The notes under the pieces were generated by a model, which was given only the letters and a program-made list of their open reading frames with translations, was not told where the DNA came from and made no database searches. This document shows positions 45,401 through 58,882 of a DNA stretch of 64,000 nt, one piece after another. The stretch lies in assembly GCA_964234715.1 (NCBI GenBank), contig OZ174278.1; one strand, written 5' to 3'. Position 1 is the stretch's first letter. Each line of letters starts with the position of its first letter. The position numbers were made by a program, and so were the translations under genes. This DNA comes from Podarcis melisellensis. Its lineage: Eukaryota.

Positions 45401-48400
45401 GAGAGATCATCATGTCTCACCAGTCAGCTACTACTCACCCTTAAAGCTGAGCTGCCCCTGGTCAATAAAGTGCTGACCTGCCACTGACCGACTCCTTCAG
45501 TGGGTACTGGAGCTCAGAGTATCACTTGACAAGCAGACTGAACTACGGCACCAGGCAAGAAAGAAAAGAAACAACCCTTCTTGTGCTTAGCAAGCCGGAA
45601 CATCAGGACCATGTGTCCTGCCTTGTCCACCGACTTGCTGCAGGTCAATGACTCGCAGAAGATGGAAATCATTGACCCTGAGCTGAAAACACTCAACAGT
45701 GACGTTGCCACTTTGCAGGAGACCAGACTTGCTTTGAATGGCAACCTCCAATAAAAGACTTACACCCTTTTTCTGGCAAGGAGGGCATCCAGAAGAACCT
45801 TATATTAACGACATAGGCTTTGCAGTGAGGCACTGCCTTCTGTTTGCAATAGAACCACTAACCGAGGGCTCAGAATGCTTGCTTTCCTGCTGCCTCTCAA
45901 TCACCACTGGTCCAGTTAACACCTTGAGCATTTACGCTTCCACCATGTGCTCTGACATACAGGCCAAGAACCTGTACTATGAGGAATTAGACCAGGCTGC
46001 CAGGAGAGTTCCAGCCTCCAAACTCCTAATCCTGCTGGGAAAATGCAATGCCAGAGTTGGGAGGGAACATCATACATGGGACAACTGCATCAGTCTCTAC
46101 AACCACAGCAGGCGCTGTAACTCTCCCCTGACTTTACCCCTGAAGGCACATTTCTCTACTGTCTCCTGTGACAGGCAGATGCCAGCAACAATAACATTCA
46201 AATATACAGCTCAAAACAAACACATATTTTTGTAAGTATTTTAAAATATATACCTCTAGACTGAAGGAGATCTATTTCTTTCTGTGTACAGTCAACGTTT
46301 ATCTGGAGCTGCCTGTTCTTGCTTCTCAATCTGGTCATCTCCTCAGGCTAGAAAGCAGAACCAAAAATAGAAACAGAAGTCAGCATAACCATTTTTGTTA
46401 AGCCATGCACATACATAAGTAGAGTGAAATATTAATTTAGCTGTTCTTCCTCTCCTTATTTTTATGCAGATGGAACTGTGCAGTGTAAAAGGTTTGTGGG
46501 ATCCCTTGACCAGAACATTTCAAAAGTGAGAACCAGTACGTTTCCACTGGTCTAGTACTAAATTAGCACGGACTTTTTTTCCAGGCAAAACATTATTTGC
46601 CAATTTATCAGCTTGGGAACTGAAATCAGGACATAAATTTCCAATTTAAATTATATTGATTTAAAATTACTAAAATTAATAATTTCTGTATTGATCAGTA
46701 ACAGGAGTTTCAGCACCATCACAGTAGTATGACTCCAAATGTATCTTGCGAATAAACCAAGACAGTTAAACAAGTAGCTTAGATGCACTTATGTGTGGTT
46801 TTGTTTCATGATAAATAAAACTTGGTAAAATTATTGAATGATACAGGCAAAGAATTAATTCACCCTGTACCTGTGAATCTCCGCAAAATATAGATTTTAG
46901 GACAAGTGTGGGGTTAGTCCTCCAGATGTTTCTAAACTATAATTCCCACCATCCCTGGTCACTGGCCATGCTTGCTGGAACTGTTGGGAGCTGTAATTCA
47001 GCAACATCTTAAAGGTCAAAGGTTCCCCACACCTGTTTTAGAATATCATAGTCAGATTAAGTTTCCTTGTCAGAAGGGAAAGAACCACCAATTTAGAAAT
47101 TCACATAAAACATTTGGATGTTGAATGACATTATCTCAAGAAAAGTTTATTATAGACTGCAGCGTATTTATTACAGACTGCAGCGTATTTAAAATCAGTC
47201 ACGTGCCCTATTCCTTTCACCTCTCCCTTCCTTCAAGTATGACAGTGCTTCTACCAGGGTCACAAAGTTGTTATTCCCAGCTGATGAGACCACTACGTTG
47301 CTAACATGCAAGCTGTTAGGGGAAAATCTACAGCTAATACCAAAGAAAACACTACCATGCTCTTTCTGGTCTGGGAAAAAGCATGGACCAGCTACCAGAA
47401 TATGCTGATATCCAGCTGCTGAAGTGGACTGGTTACTGAACCTTATCTGGCAGAATATGAATGATACATAATATATATATGGCATGACAGTGACAAACCC
47501 TGTCATTAGGAGGGAATGACTTTAATATTTTCAAAGCTTCTTACTTACTGTTGGGATTGAGGTTGTGCAGCTTACTCTTCTCAGACGCCTTTGCATAAGA
47601 TCGTGTTCCATGCCATTCACTTCAGCTTTGAGCTTTTCAAGCTCCTCATTTTCAAACTTCAGTTCCTTTGCTAGCCTCTCCATCCTTGCACGTTGGTGTA
47701 ACAACAAGGCTAGTGTGGTATAGAGAACAAAGTCAGTGCAAATACACAAGACTGAGAAACCCAACTTGCAATTGGAATAGTATAAATAAGTGAGCTTTTA
47801 AGAGCAGAAAGTGACTATAAACATGCAGCCAAACATCAGTGTAGAGATGTTTCATGCTAATGGAACTATACTCGTAGACGTAAAGTTCTTCCATCATCAA
47901 AATAATTATTTTAGACAGTAACTTGGATATTACCATTTCTGGCCACTGCTTCTTTTTTTTGTTCTTTGTCCGCTCAAAAATAAAAGGCACCTGTGCAGGA
48001 TGAAATGGCAATCTAATTGTAACAGTGTACTGACAAGACTAAATCCTAAAAATCAAAAGGTATAAGACACTGGGCTACAAGATGATCTCCACTGCTTGCG
48101 ATCAAGTTCACTTGATACAATGGAACATATTACTATAGCAAATGCAATCTTTTCTTAAAAGCTGCTTTTACTCTTTGGAAAAGCAGTTTTAACCTAAAAG
48201 ATTACAAAATCAGTGCTCTAATCAACTGCAGGAGCCTGTGACTAGATTAGGACATACAAATTAGTTAACAGAATCTTCATATAAAGAGGCTGACCCTCCT
48301 TTACTGACTTTTAAAAAATTCATTGTAGAGTAGTAATTCCCAACTCTCCATTTTTGTCCTTAGTGGGGGGGAAATCAAGAGAGATTGCAAAGTAAAGGCA

Positions 48401-51400
48401 TTTGCTTTAGAGTGTGGGTGGGATGAGAGAAAAGAACTCTACAAGCAGAGGGTCTATACATTTCTGAAGACCCTCCTGTCTTGCTCTTTCCACATGGCTT
48501 CCAGAAATGCAATCTGCTGTGTTGAAGAAACCGATGACTCTTTTTGTAGTGTGCTGGAAATGCAGGGTTGCTCTTCCTAACTGTTCAAAGTACTCACACC
48601 GTCTGTCTTTAGGGAGAATTTGAGGTCTTGGGCTGCCTGCCAATTGAACAGCACCCAACTCCCTGGCAGCTCAGATGTGGCAGACAGCAGGAAAGCAGTT
48701 TCTTCCACTTGCTGCCAACTGCATTGTAGTGGTAGTGGGAGAAACTGAAGCACAAACAGAGTCACAACATGGGAGCCCTTCAGCACAGCTATTCTTGACC
48801 ATCCTCTGTTCCTCTGAAATATTCTGCAGCTTGTGTTACTTAAAATATGAGTCCGCAAGATTTTCCACCATCCGAATATAGATCTACAAAGCCTCCCTCC
48901 ACATTATAAAGACATTTAGAAGAGGTCCTGTAAATTGAGTTGAATCCATGGTTGCATTATTTCTCTGCTAAATGTCACAATTAGACATCTGTAGCAAGGC
49001 CAATGGTTCATTCACAAAAGGAATGAGGACAGTATGAACTGTGATATTACATTCCAGTGTTCGGTTTTGCAGCTCAGTTATTTAGGACATTGTTACTCAT
49101 TACTTTCTCTTGATACATCCTCGTCATTCTGCATACTGCATACTCCCCACGCTGCGGATAGCAGCCTGCCGCCCGGCGCGAGAGGCGCCCTGAAGCAGAG
49201 CACCCCTCGCGCCGGGCAGACATCCGCAGCGTGTTGGAGCCCTGCGGGAGTTCCCCGCAGGGCTCCCCATGCTGTGGATAGCAGCCTGCCACACGGCGCA
49301 CCCTGCGCACCGGACAGACATCGGCCAGCCCCACAAGCTCGGGGGACAGCAAGGAGGCGCAGCGCCGCCATCCCGCTGTTCCTCGACCTGGTTCGGTTTC
49401 CCCGACCTGGTTTAGGGGGGAAATAAGGGGGAAAATTCTTTTATTTCCCCCCCAAAAAACTAGGTGCGTCCTGTGGGACAGAGCGTCCTACGGGACGAAA
49501 GATACAGTATTAGTTATGATTTAAGTCCTGTAGATTTCAGTGACCTCAACAAAAGTAACTTAGCTTGGCTCTAACCAGTGTCATGTTAGCCAGTGCCATG
49601 GTTTTAGACTATTCCACAGCTGAAAACAATACATCAAAGCTAGCTCTTCTTCCTTGTTATAAATTATATACAAATTTTGATTCATACTGAGCTCTGCCAA
49701 CAGGTCCATCTACGCTAGAGTTGTCAACCTGCTAAGCAGGAATGCTTTAGGAGATCAGACAGAAATCTGTTGGTGTTATGCTATCTTAGGTCTCTAAAGT
49801 GGAGATCTGAGAAGTAGGATAAAACTGAACAACTATATAAACTCTGCCATATTTTGTTTTTTTTAAAAAACATGTTTAGATCACCAGAAACAATAATGCT
49901 CCCAAAACTAAGTGTACATCTAGCCCAATATTGAAGATAGGTCCAGTATCTGAAAGATTGCCTCTTCCCATGTTATTTACCCAGACCCTGAGGTCATCTT
50001 CAGAGGCCCTTCTCTGGTTGTCATCTCCAGGAGTGATATGGCATACTAGCTATGCAATGCCCTCCCCAAAAAGGTTCGCCTAGCACCTTCTTTACTATTT
50101 TCAGTGCTAGATAAATGCCTTTTTATCTTTATAGTCCTTTTAAATCTGTTGGTGCAAAGTTTGCTTTGGTTTTTACCGTTTTATTTTCTGCTCTATCATG
50201 CCGAATCAGATTGTATCATCATTTTTATTATTTCTGATTTTTAACTTCTTCTTTTTTAAGTTAGTGAATCACCCTATTTGTTTTTAGGGCAGTTTATAGA
50301 TGTTGAAAATAAATAATAAAATATTGCCTACTCTGACTAGCAGGTCACAGATCACATCAGCTGGTATCTGATACTTTTAACCGGAGTTGTCAGGGAATTG
50401 AATCAGGGACATTCCACATGCAAGTCAGGTTTTCTACCACTGAGCTGCTCCCCAATTACAGAGCTATAGCCACCCCAAACCAAATTTATCAAGGGCCCAG
50501 ATCCATTTGTCTCCTTTCTCTTTTCTAGGTAACAAACATTATTGTCAGCATTCCTATGCAACCTTGGAAAAGTAGCTCATCATACAATTGGAAGCTTAAA
50601 TAGGTTTCAAAAGTACTCCACAATAATGCACGTTCTCCTCTCCACATCAACTATGCCTTTTTTGCTAAAGCATGAATTTTTTAAAAAAAGGCTTCAATAA
50701 CACACTTCAAAAATTATTGAACTGCAGATAAACCCATCTTCAATCCAAAAACTTCAATCAGTTTTGACATTACACAGGAGTTTGCGGTGACAATGCCTCA
50801 ACAGCATATGATGTTATTGCACATTATGACCACTACTTGCTCTGTAAATGCTAACCTTGCACAGTAAGTCTAGTACACTAAGATATGCAAGACTGTGTTA
50901 GCTCTATATTGGCAGACGTTACTCTAGGGTGGTATTCAGTCAATTGAATTAAGCATAGCCATTCCTACCCCCAGACCATTTCTGTGCTAATTAGGTTATG
51001 CATTATATGGCATCAGGAACTGTTTCTTCTGAACCACATTGTATCAATGCAATATACTGCAACAGTGGCAAAGTAGCCCTTAAGTTACATCCTGACACCT
51101 CCTTTGCTGCTGCAGAGACAATGAACTTCCAAAGTATATGAAACAATATGATATATATTTGCCATTCTCTCTTACGAAACAAGATGATATATATTTGCCA
51201 TTAATGAATCCCGATAAAATAACCATGGCATTCCGCAATGCCTTAAGAATTTGAAAGACTGTTAGTAGTTTAGAAACCAAAGCACGGAGGATGTACCACA
51301 GTGCAAATAATTTTTTCCGATAATTACTGCAACATGCAATTCAATAAGTTTACCTTGAGTATAAGCATAGTCATCGGACCCAGAACTGGAGCTCCTCTGA

Positions 51401-54400
51401 TACTTATGGCTTCCTCTTTCACATCCAGATCCTGGTACAACTGAAATAGGCTGAATTGGTTCTGGTGCTGCAGAATGCTCTTCTTGGTCCACTAAATTTA
51501 AAAGGTTCTCAGCTGGTGCTCTGCCTACGGTGATTTTAAAAACTGCTGGATTTGGCTGAGATACCATGACCCGAGGTGACTGAGTAAGCACACCCGTAGG
51601 TCCAGCTGGCTGTGTATATGTTATATATAAAGGATTAACACTATAAGGAGGTTTGGGCTGACCTGACATACTTCTGGAAGGAGAACTTGAAGGAGGAGTA
51701 GCAGGTGCGTACAGTGGGTGCTGATTCCGTTGGGAAGGTGGGTTACTTATAGGTGAAGGGCTCCTATTCATTGTAGTCCCAGGTCTTTGTGGTGGCTCAA
51801 CGGTAATTTCTATCTTGTTCATGGAGCTTTTGGATAAGCTAGGTCCACCATATGGAAGATAAGATACTGAGTGTCCACTTGGTTTCTGATATGTTTGGGG
51901 TGTTTGTTGATATGAATGGGGTAGCACAGTTGAAGGACTAGGAGGCATAAACACATGGGAACTTTGATGGCCCAACGGGCTAGGCTGAACTTGATGCTGA
52001 GGAGAGCCAAAAGGAGAAGGACACTGAGAAGCAGGTGGCGACTGAAAAGGCGACTGAGGAATCTGGGGCTGTTTTGGAGAATACTGAGAAGGCTGATAGT
52101 TTTGTTGGTGCGGATAAACAGGCAGTGGATGTGGACTATAATGGGGCACTGGGCCTTGTGGCGATGAATGCCACTGTGCACTTTGAGTAGGAGTCTGTCG
52201 TCCTGAAGAACTTTGAGATGTCTGCCTAATATAGAGAGATCCAGGATTCCCATAAGGATTGCTTGGAATTGGAGGAAGAATTTGTAAAGCTCTGGGTACA
52301 GTCTGTCCAGATGGGAGGTTCTGCGACACTGTAACAGTTATAGGATTTGTGCTATACCGAGGTATGTGCATATACGCAGGAGGAGGCGGGCCTTGCATAG
52401 CAGATGTATTCATTCCAGGTTGTATGGAAGAAGGTTGCTGAGGTGGTTGCAAAGGAGGAGTAGCTGCGTTTCTATTCTGGTCATTCATAAAAAATGGATT
52501 GTAGTTGGGAGAAGCTGCCACAACAGCTGGAGCAGAGTGTGGTTCTTGAACTAAGCATATCAGTTGTTTACCTGCTGTGTGTTGTGGATCAATATGTCCA
52601 TCACTTGAACTATGTACCAGTGTACGACCACCATTAAGTTGAGCTCCATCCCCTCCGTGATAGCTGGTGTGAGGATGGATGCCGAGGTTAATATGCAGAT
52701 GGCGATTCCTGTTCAAACGAGTGTCATCTGGGTGGTACTCCATGTATAGGTATTTGTTACTCTCCTGTGCAAGAGCTCGACAACAAGCATCAAGGTTGTT
52801 GTTGTTCTAGTAATAAGAAATAGAAAAAGGGAAGGGTTTAAAATTAAATAAATGAGTCTGACAAGCTATAATGTAGTTCCATATGCATACATGTCAGCTT
52901 ACCTATAAAGCCTAGTTTGAGCATCGTATTTCAGTTAAGACTCTCACCTAAATTAAGGAGCATTAGCTGAATGATCCTCTATTTGTACTCAATTAAAGCT
53001 GCAGCATTTGTATATAAACAAGGGTTTTTAAAAAGGTACACTTTACATCCAGGTCCTGGGATCAAATGGAGCCCTCTGGGCCTCTCCATCTGACCCTCAG
53101 GACTCTCCTCAGGCCACTCTTCCCACCAGACACTCCCTCCTCAAGTAATTTGCCTTGTTGGATACTTCAACGTCTCATTTGCCTGGATAGAGAGTTGAGT
53201 GTGTAGTTAAAAAAGCATGGCTGGAATGTAGTCTACTGTACAAAAATAAGAGTTATTATTATCTGTCACACTACTGAATTTTTGCCTCTGGCCCACAAAG
53301 GAAAGCAGTGCTTGAACTGAAGAGGGGTGAAAACATAGGCAGTAGCCACTATCTCAGAAGAGTTTCTCCTCCTGGTGGGAGATGGAAGACTGCTTCTCCT
53401 AATTCAGGGCTAAATAGCCTCTCAGGCACTTTCACGAGGCTATCTACCCCCTGCAAAAGTGCAGGGGAGGGGGAAGCAAATTTCTCAAATTTTAAGAGGG
53501 ATGACATACCTTAGTTAATTTTATAAGTTGGCTAAAGCCCTTCCCTTTTCCAGCACTTTTTAAAAAGCCTCATGCTTGCTTATAGCAGCAGCAAGATTCA
53601 GCACTTCTTAAGAAACACAAGTGGTAGGCTACTACTGAACCCTGCTGAGGCTTTTTTTACAAGTACAGGAAAGGGGAAGAATGTCTTATTCACCACAAAG
53701 GTAAGCCAACCTCCACCCCAACATTTTGGGGAAGCTTACCTCTTTCCCTCCCCAAATTTTAAGATCCATTTTCTTTTCTCCCCCACCACCATAATTTCAA
53801 CCCAGCTCCAGTTTCTTCTAAGATTACACCTGCCAATCATAGCCAAGAAACAAAATCGTCACACGTTTCTTCAGCACGCATTGTTTCATTAAAAATATAT
53901 ACAAACATGTCAATAAAAGGGCTGCATTGTGGGAACATTAGAAATAAGAGTTTAAGTGAAAATATTGCCTATCCAAACCTGCTTTCCCGAACAAGCTTCC
54001 CACTGTTTACAACATTTATTCTCTCTCTCTTTTCATAACTGATGGGAAAGGTTAAATGTTGTCCTTATTTGTAGCTTGAAAGTGAGGAAACAGGAGCAGG
54101 TGGAAGACATACAACGTTCAAGCATCTCTTAACATTTCTAAAAGCAATAACTACACTGGTCAAAAAACATTTGGAGGGATATATTAAATGATTCCTAATA
54201 ATGTAAGCTTTAAAATCTCCTCTTTGTTTATATCTAATGAAACCTCTTACATTTATTGACATTCTTTTCAAATTGTGATCAACAGGATTGAACACACTGA
54301 AGTTTGCTAAGTGCAGAATACTGAGATCTACACTCTGCTGTGCTTGGGTTTCAAGGAATCTGCCAATGCAGCCTCCAGTGAAATGCCTCCTCCAAGCCGC

Positions 54401-54980
54401 CTGTTGTGCATGTGTCTTTACTTTAGAAGAGTGTTTTTTCTTCAATATTGTTTTATTCCTATGCTTTTGTTCCCGTTTCCATGTGCAAGACTATAGCAAA
54501 CGTCTTATAATTTTATCATGAACCATTATAATTTTTTATTTTGCTTTTTCCAGAAAATGTTAATTTGCAATACTGTCAGAGATCAGGCCTACACAGTTTC
54601 TGCCATTACCAGACTGGTTTCCTGAACACTTCATTGAGGGAGAGGGAAAAGGGAGAATCCGTGGAAAGGTCTGGTAAAGAATTCCCCAGATATGCCAACA
54701 TTCCAAGCTTAAATCATAATACTCTGTGTCAAACAAAATTTTCCTCCTTACTGAAGGGTAGAAAAATCAAAATAAGTATTTGGAAATGTGTAGCTAAGCA
54801 GCCTCAATCTTTCTACTGAGGCCTCAAACCAGTGCATTCATTGTTTCTTCAGGCCATTCCTGGCTCTTGCCTACCTACAGAACCTTTTCTTACTGTCTTG
54901 GCATCAAAAGCACACACCTTTCTTATTCTGGCATTGTTCCCATATGAAATCACTTAAATGTGTTCAGGGCAATATTACCC

Positions 54981-55024
<44 letters not shown>

Positions 55025-56317
55025 AAACGAAAACATAACAGGTATCTTACTGTGAGAGAATTCCACCTTAGGAACTTACACTACAGGGAGGAAATCCCTT
55101 ATTTGCTTTAAACATTTCCCCTTTCCTCTGCAAGTCATTGAAAGTCTCCAATGCAAATCGTTTAGTGATATTTGCACAACACTATTTTATGTAGAAATAC
55201 TTGGTTTAAAATCTTATCACAGCTAAACAGCACAAGAACTACCAACAGGCCGGTATCATATTGGAATGAGGATGATTTTAAAAGGACCCAGGCATGCTCA
55301 TCTTTCATTCCTCCAGATTGCAGATTACATGCCTATATTTATTGCCCACACATTTTATTTCTTTCTGCTTCCCCCGTGGGCATTTTGTGTTCTACGTAAA
55401 ATAATATATTGATAATAAAATACAATTGTTTCAATTAGAACACAAAATGCCCTGTGGATGACTAGAGGAAAATAAAAATGCATAGATAGATAGCATTTAA
55501 GAGCTTAACCATTGTTTTAATCTCGCTGATCTCAACAGGACACAACCTGTACCTGTGCTAATTAGATGCAATTGGATTTTTAACTAAATTAAAGTGGTAC
55601 AAGTAGAATCTATTTTATTAGTGAAAGATATGTTAACAGTGGTTTTCAACCAGTGTGCCATGGCACCCTTGACCTCCGTCCCCTCCTCTGGTGCCCTCTC
55701 AAGTCTCTGCCTCCAAAGGCTTGCACAGCGGTTTCTTGCACCGGCCCTGGCTACAAGTTCTCTAGATGAATTCTGCCACAAGGGCAGGGCAGGAGGTGCT
55801 GGTTGCCAGGAGCTGAGGTGGCCTTGGAGTGAGTAAGCAAGCAAGCAGGCAGGTGAGGATTCCTGAGGAGAGGTGTCCCAAAGGGGTGAGGGGCTGACAG
55901 CTCAGCAGGCAAGGGGCAACATAAATAAGCTCCTGAGACTCAAAGCGCATTTCCCTACAGGGGAGCCACAGAAAGAATGTAGTTGGTCAAGGGAGCCACG
56001 GACTCAAAAAAGTTCAAAACCTTTGTGTTAACATATAATGAAGTATGCTATGGGAAGCCTGAAGACCTAGCTTGGAATTAAGTTTTCACCCTCAACCCCT
56101 TGTGGCAAAAAAAGCCTTTATCTTTTAGAAACAAAGAGGATGAAATTGTGTGAGGATCTTACTAGCATATTACAATGAATTCTTTTCAAAGAGAAACCAC
56201 TGTTTTATCTCTTACCTGGAGCATGCACTGTGACACCACACTCTCTGGGATCTCAGGGAAATGTTGCCGGAGGTCATGGAGTACTTGCATGTCGAGTTGC
56301 TGGCTGCTCTGTGCCAT
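42342..56317 (-). CDS. TAB3: TGF-beta-activated kinase 1 (MAP3K7) binding protein 3; 6 coding exons, about 680 aa
   Basis: complement(join(42342..42490,44392..44475,46254..46347,47549..47709,51354..52806,56216..56317)). CUE domain [42 protein letters not shown], coiled coil, and [28 protein letters not shown]. All introns GT-AG with consistent phases. Confidence 0.97.
44392..44475 (-). CDS. TAB3: TAB3 coding exon 5
   Basis: [28 protein letters not shown]; 84 nt, phase 1-1, ag/gtgagt. Confidence 0.95.
44620..44850 (+). mobile_element. Degenerate L2-type LINE 3' fragment
   Basis: tgtggaatttcctcc...ggcaccttcatctggcagctttcactgtatgctgaaaatgcacctcttt...tgtaacctgccttgggaccttatggtga. Confidence 0.5.
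45205..46105 (+). mobile_element. RTE-clade LINE 5' fragment (5' UTR plus decayed APE endonuclease)
   Basis: Frameshifted ORF: [10 protein letters not shown]...[13 protein letters not shown]...FFWQG...IGFAV...LSIYASTM...[10 protein letters not shown]...[15 protein letters not shown]. These are APE endonuclease motifs (WNV, LQET, GDFNARVG). Confidence 0.88.
46254..46347 (-). CDS. TAB3: TAB3 coding exon 4
   Basis: [31 protein letters not shown]. Confidence 0.95.
46903..47035. mobile_element. Palindromic hAT MITE (older copy)
   Basis: TIRs CAAGTGTGGGG / CCCCACACCTG; TSD TTTTAGGA / TTTTAGAA. Confidence 0.75.
47549..47709 (-). CDS. TAB3: TAB3 coding exon 3 (coiled coil)
   Basis: [54 protein letters not shown]. 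Confidence 0.96.
49140..49508. mobile_element. CpG-rich Tc1/mariner (Tc2-like) non-autonomous element, truncated at one end
   Basis: Right end ...GGTGCGTCCTGTGGGACAGAGCGTCCTACGGGACGAAAGATACAG-TA; internal duplication ctcccca(c/t)gctg(c/t)ggatagcagcctgcc; no matching left TIR. Confidence 0.7.
49930..50300 (+). mobile_element. Degenerate L2-type LINE 3' fragment
   Basis: ccagaccctgaggtcatcttcagaggcccttctc is the reverse-complement relative of the 30.2-kb element; A-rich tail. Confidence 0.55.
51354..52806 (-). CDS. TAB3: TAB3 large coding exon 2
   Basis: 1453 nt, [28 protein letters not shown]...GSDDYAYTQ; overlaps the 493-aa ORF. Confidence 0.97.
54984..55020. repeat. (CA)n microsatellite
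   Basis: Directly visible. Confidence 0.95.
55637..56025. mobile_element. hAT non-autonomous element
   Basis: Left TIR CAGTGGTTTTCAACC, degenerate right end AGTTCAAAACCTTTG, flanks tatgttaa / tgtgttaa. Confidence 0.65.
56216..56317 (-). CDS. TAB3: TAB3 first coding exon (the exon extends 5' to an acceptor at 56409)
   Basis: [34 protein letters not shown]|gtaag. The upstream acceptor tttatag| implies further non-coding exons, possibly outside the window. Confidence 0.96.
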
Positions 56318-58642
56318 GTCAGACTGATGTTAGTCTCAAGACTCTAAGAAAATAGCAGTCAACAGGCGGCTTCCCAGTGGCTATGCTCTTCTGATGCTTT
56401 TGGCATCTTCTATAAATACAAATACAGTAAAATGAAGAAATAATTTAACATGATTTAGACAATCACACAAAAACATATACATATCTGATGGACATATGAA
56501 TATCAAAGTCTCAGATTATTATTTCATAAGGCCATGACTTTCATCACTCAATGCCACAGTGAAGAGTAATTACAACATATACTCTATAGGACTGTACTTG
56601 AAAACAACTTTCTTTTCCTAGACTTGGGGCAGGAATCTTCAAATAAATGAGACATGAGCAAGCTTGTCCCTCCCAACAGTAACTTTCTTAATTATGCTTC
56701 TTCTAGCAAGAGAGCTTGGGACCAGTACATCTCTACCATCCTCACCTTTAGATCTCTCTTCAGTTCAAAATAGAAGAGGAACTACATAGCAAATCACACT
56801 CTGAACATACACTTCAAAACTAACATGAATAGTTACTTGGATTTTCCCAAATTAATGCCAAGCAGAGGTGGGTGACCCATGTATCTGAAAACATTGCTAA
56901 ATGTACCTTGTGTATTTGGTAACCTGCTAAGTAAATGTTTGAAGTATTTATGCTTATGATATACTGTATTCATTCTATAGTATATATAATATTACATATT
57001 ACATATGTAATATATTACATATAATATTACATAAAACTTAATTCTGTCCTATCCTTTCATTTTAAAGTTAAGTACATGTATGTAACCCAGATAGATGAGA
57101 AACTAAGTACAGTAAATGAAGCTTTGCAGAAGCAATCCAACCTTGAAGATAAGGAACCTTAGTAACTGATTAGTGACCACATAAGCAGAATTGATACATT
57201 TGCCGGGGTGGGGAATGTGAATGGTTCTTCCCTTTCAAAGGTTGGAAGCAAAAAAGGCGGCTGGGACTAGTGGATATGAGGTGTGAAAATCAAGCTGCAA
57301 CTGTGATGCAAGTAATCTGGACTTTGCTACTTTAATATGCAGAGAATCTAGGCCTACATAATGGATGTTCCCATGTGTGTGAAGACCTGGATTTTGGCAA
57401 TGGATAATGTTGTTTCTGCAGACTTATGGCATTCTGGATCCCGAGAGATAGGGCTTTGTTCTCCATTTTGTACCTGTATAAAGACAGTTCTCTCTCAGTG
57501 CCAATTCCAAGAAGCCCACACAGCGAACCCTCAAAGAAGTAATGTGTCTGCAGCATTTCCTTCTTTCATGCCTCACCCTTTCCCTATTTTCATTTGTTAC
57601 AAGGGTCCCTAGCCAGGATTCTTTGTGTGAGTATTACCCCATCCTTGGTATTGGTGTGGATGAGGGCTAGTCTGCTTAGGTAGGATAACTCCTTCCATCC
57701 AATTTCTAGTCCCCATTTCTCCATGAGGGAGAGGATGCACTAGCTGTGGAAAACTTGGTCAAGTAGGAATTTCATTATTGGTCTGCTTGTGTGTCCATAT
57801 ATTCACTGGCAAAGTAAGATCCCAGGCTGTAGGTGTTTGTCTTGGCATCCCATTGCACAGAGAGATCCCAGGATGTGTCTCAGGCCTGATCACCTTGGAA
57901 CACACAGCAATGCTATTTAATATGTTAGCACTCCAGTTCTGGCTCCCGAACTGGACCGTAACATAAAGATCACTGCATTGTATAGCATAATGCATAGTTC
58001 AGTCCTTCCACATCAGTTAGGGAAGAAGGTATACTGCAACATTTACATCTGACAGTCTAGAGAGATAATCTTTATAAATGTAAAAATCTCACTGGAATGA
58101 AATTTGGCTGGCCATACACTCATGCTGTCAGCATTGCCACTAACATTCAAATACAGATCAATACATTTGAGAGGAACCAAGCATGAAGCGGCTTCAGTAG
58201 ATGTTACTATCATTGGCTACATATTCCTAAACATGAGTGGTAGGAGATTACAGTTTAAGGATTTGACCTAATTCAAACTCCCGTTTCAGCATTTGCTGAA
58301 GTGGTGAAGTGTTACACTTATGCAGTTCAAGGATCCAGACAGAAGATCCCAGATTTGAAAGTGAAACAAGTTAGAACTGTTTTCTCCACCCCTGTCCAAC
58401 AAACAATAATATGCTCCATTTCCGTCTCTCATTCACATACTTTGTCTCCCAAACATGCACTCAAAAGATACTTTTTTGCAAAATCCGGAAGAAATACTTA
58501 GCAGTCTAATGTAACATTTATTTCAAGTACAGTACTGAATTTTTCAGGCAAGACTACAATTAGTATTTTGTTACTAGAGAATCTTCACAAATATTTCTGC
58601 TTCCCAACACCAGAATTGTACAAGAAATGCATAGACTAAATA

Positions 58643-58882
58643 CAGTCGTACCTTGGTTTTCAAACAGCTTATTCTTGAACGTTTTGGCTCCCGAACACCA
58701 CAAACCTGGAAATGACTGTTCCGGTTTGCAAACTATTTTTTGAAGTCAAACGTCTGATGGTACTTCCGATTGGCTGCATGAGCTTCCTGCAGCCAATCAG
58801 AAGCCACACTTTGGTTTCCAAACATTTTGGAAGTCAAACGGACTTCTGGAACGGATTCCGTTTGACTTCCAAGGTATGACTG
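58643..58882. mobile_element. Tc1/mariner (Tigger-like) MITE
   Basis: TA TSD; TIRs CAGTCGTACCTTGG / CCAAGGTATGACTG. Confidence 0.85.

Noticed and set aside
49034-49426. GC-rich patch with four overlapping ORFs; possible promoter or gene
   Set aside because: Ends in a Tc1/mariner-type TIR plus TA, so it is a young transposon interior.
47146-51202. Short local duplications (21-bp tandem at 47146-47191; 27-bp repeat at 51140-51202)
   Set aside because: Two-copy slippage duplications in introns; not an array, and no evident function.
51819-52554. Alternative-frame and antisense ORFs within TAB3 exon 2
   Set aside because: Shadows of Pro/Ser/Gln-biased codon usage, with no independent support.
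56980-57035. AT-rich quasi-palindrome (tattacatatgtaata...)
   Set aside because: Low-complexity degenerate microsatellite.
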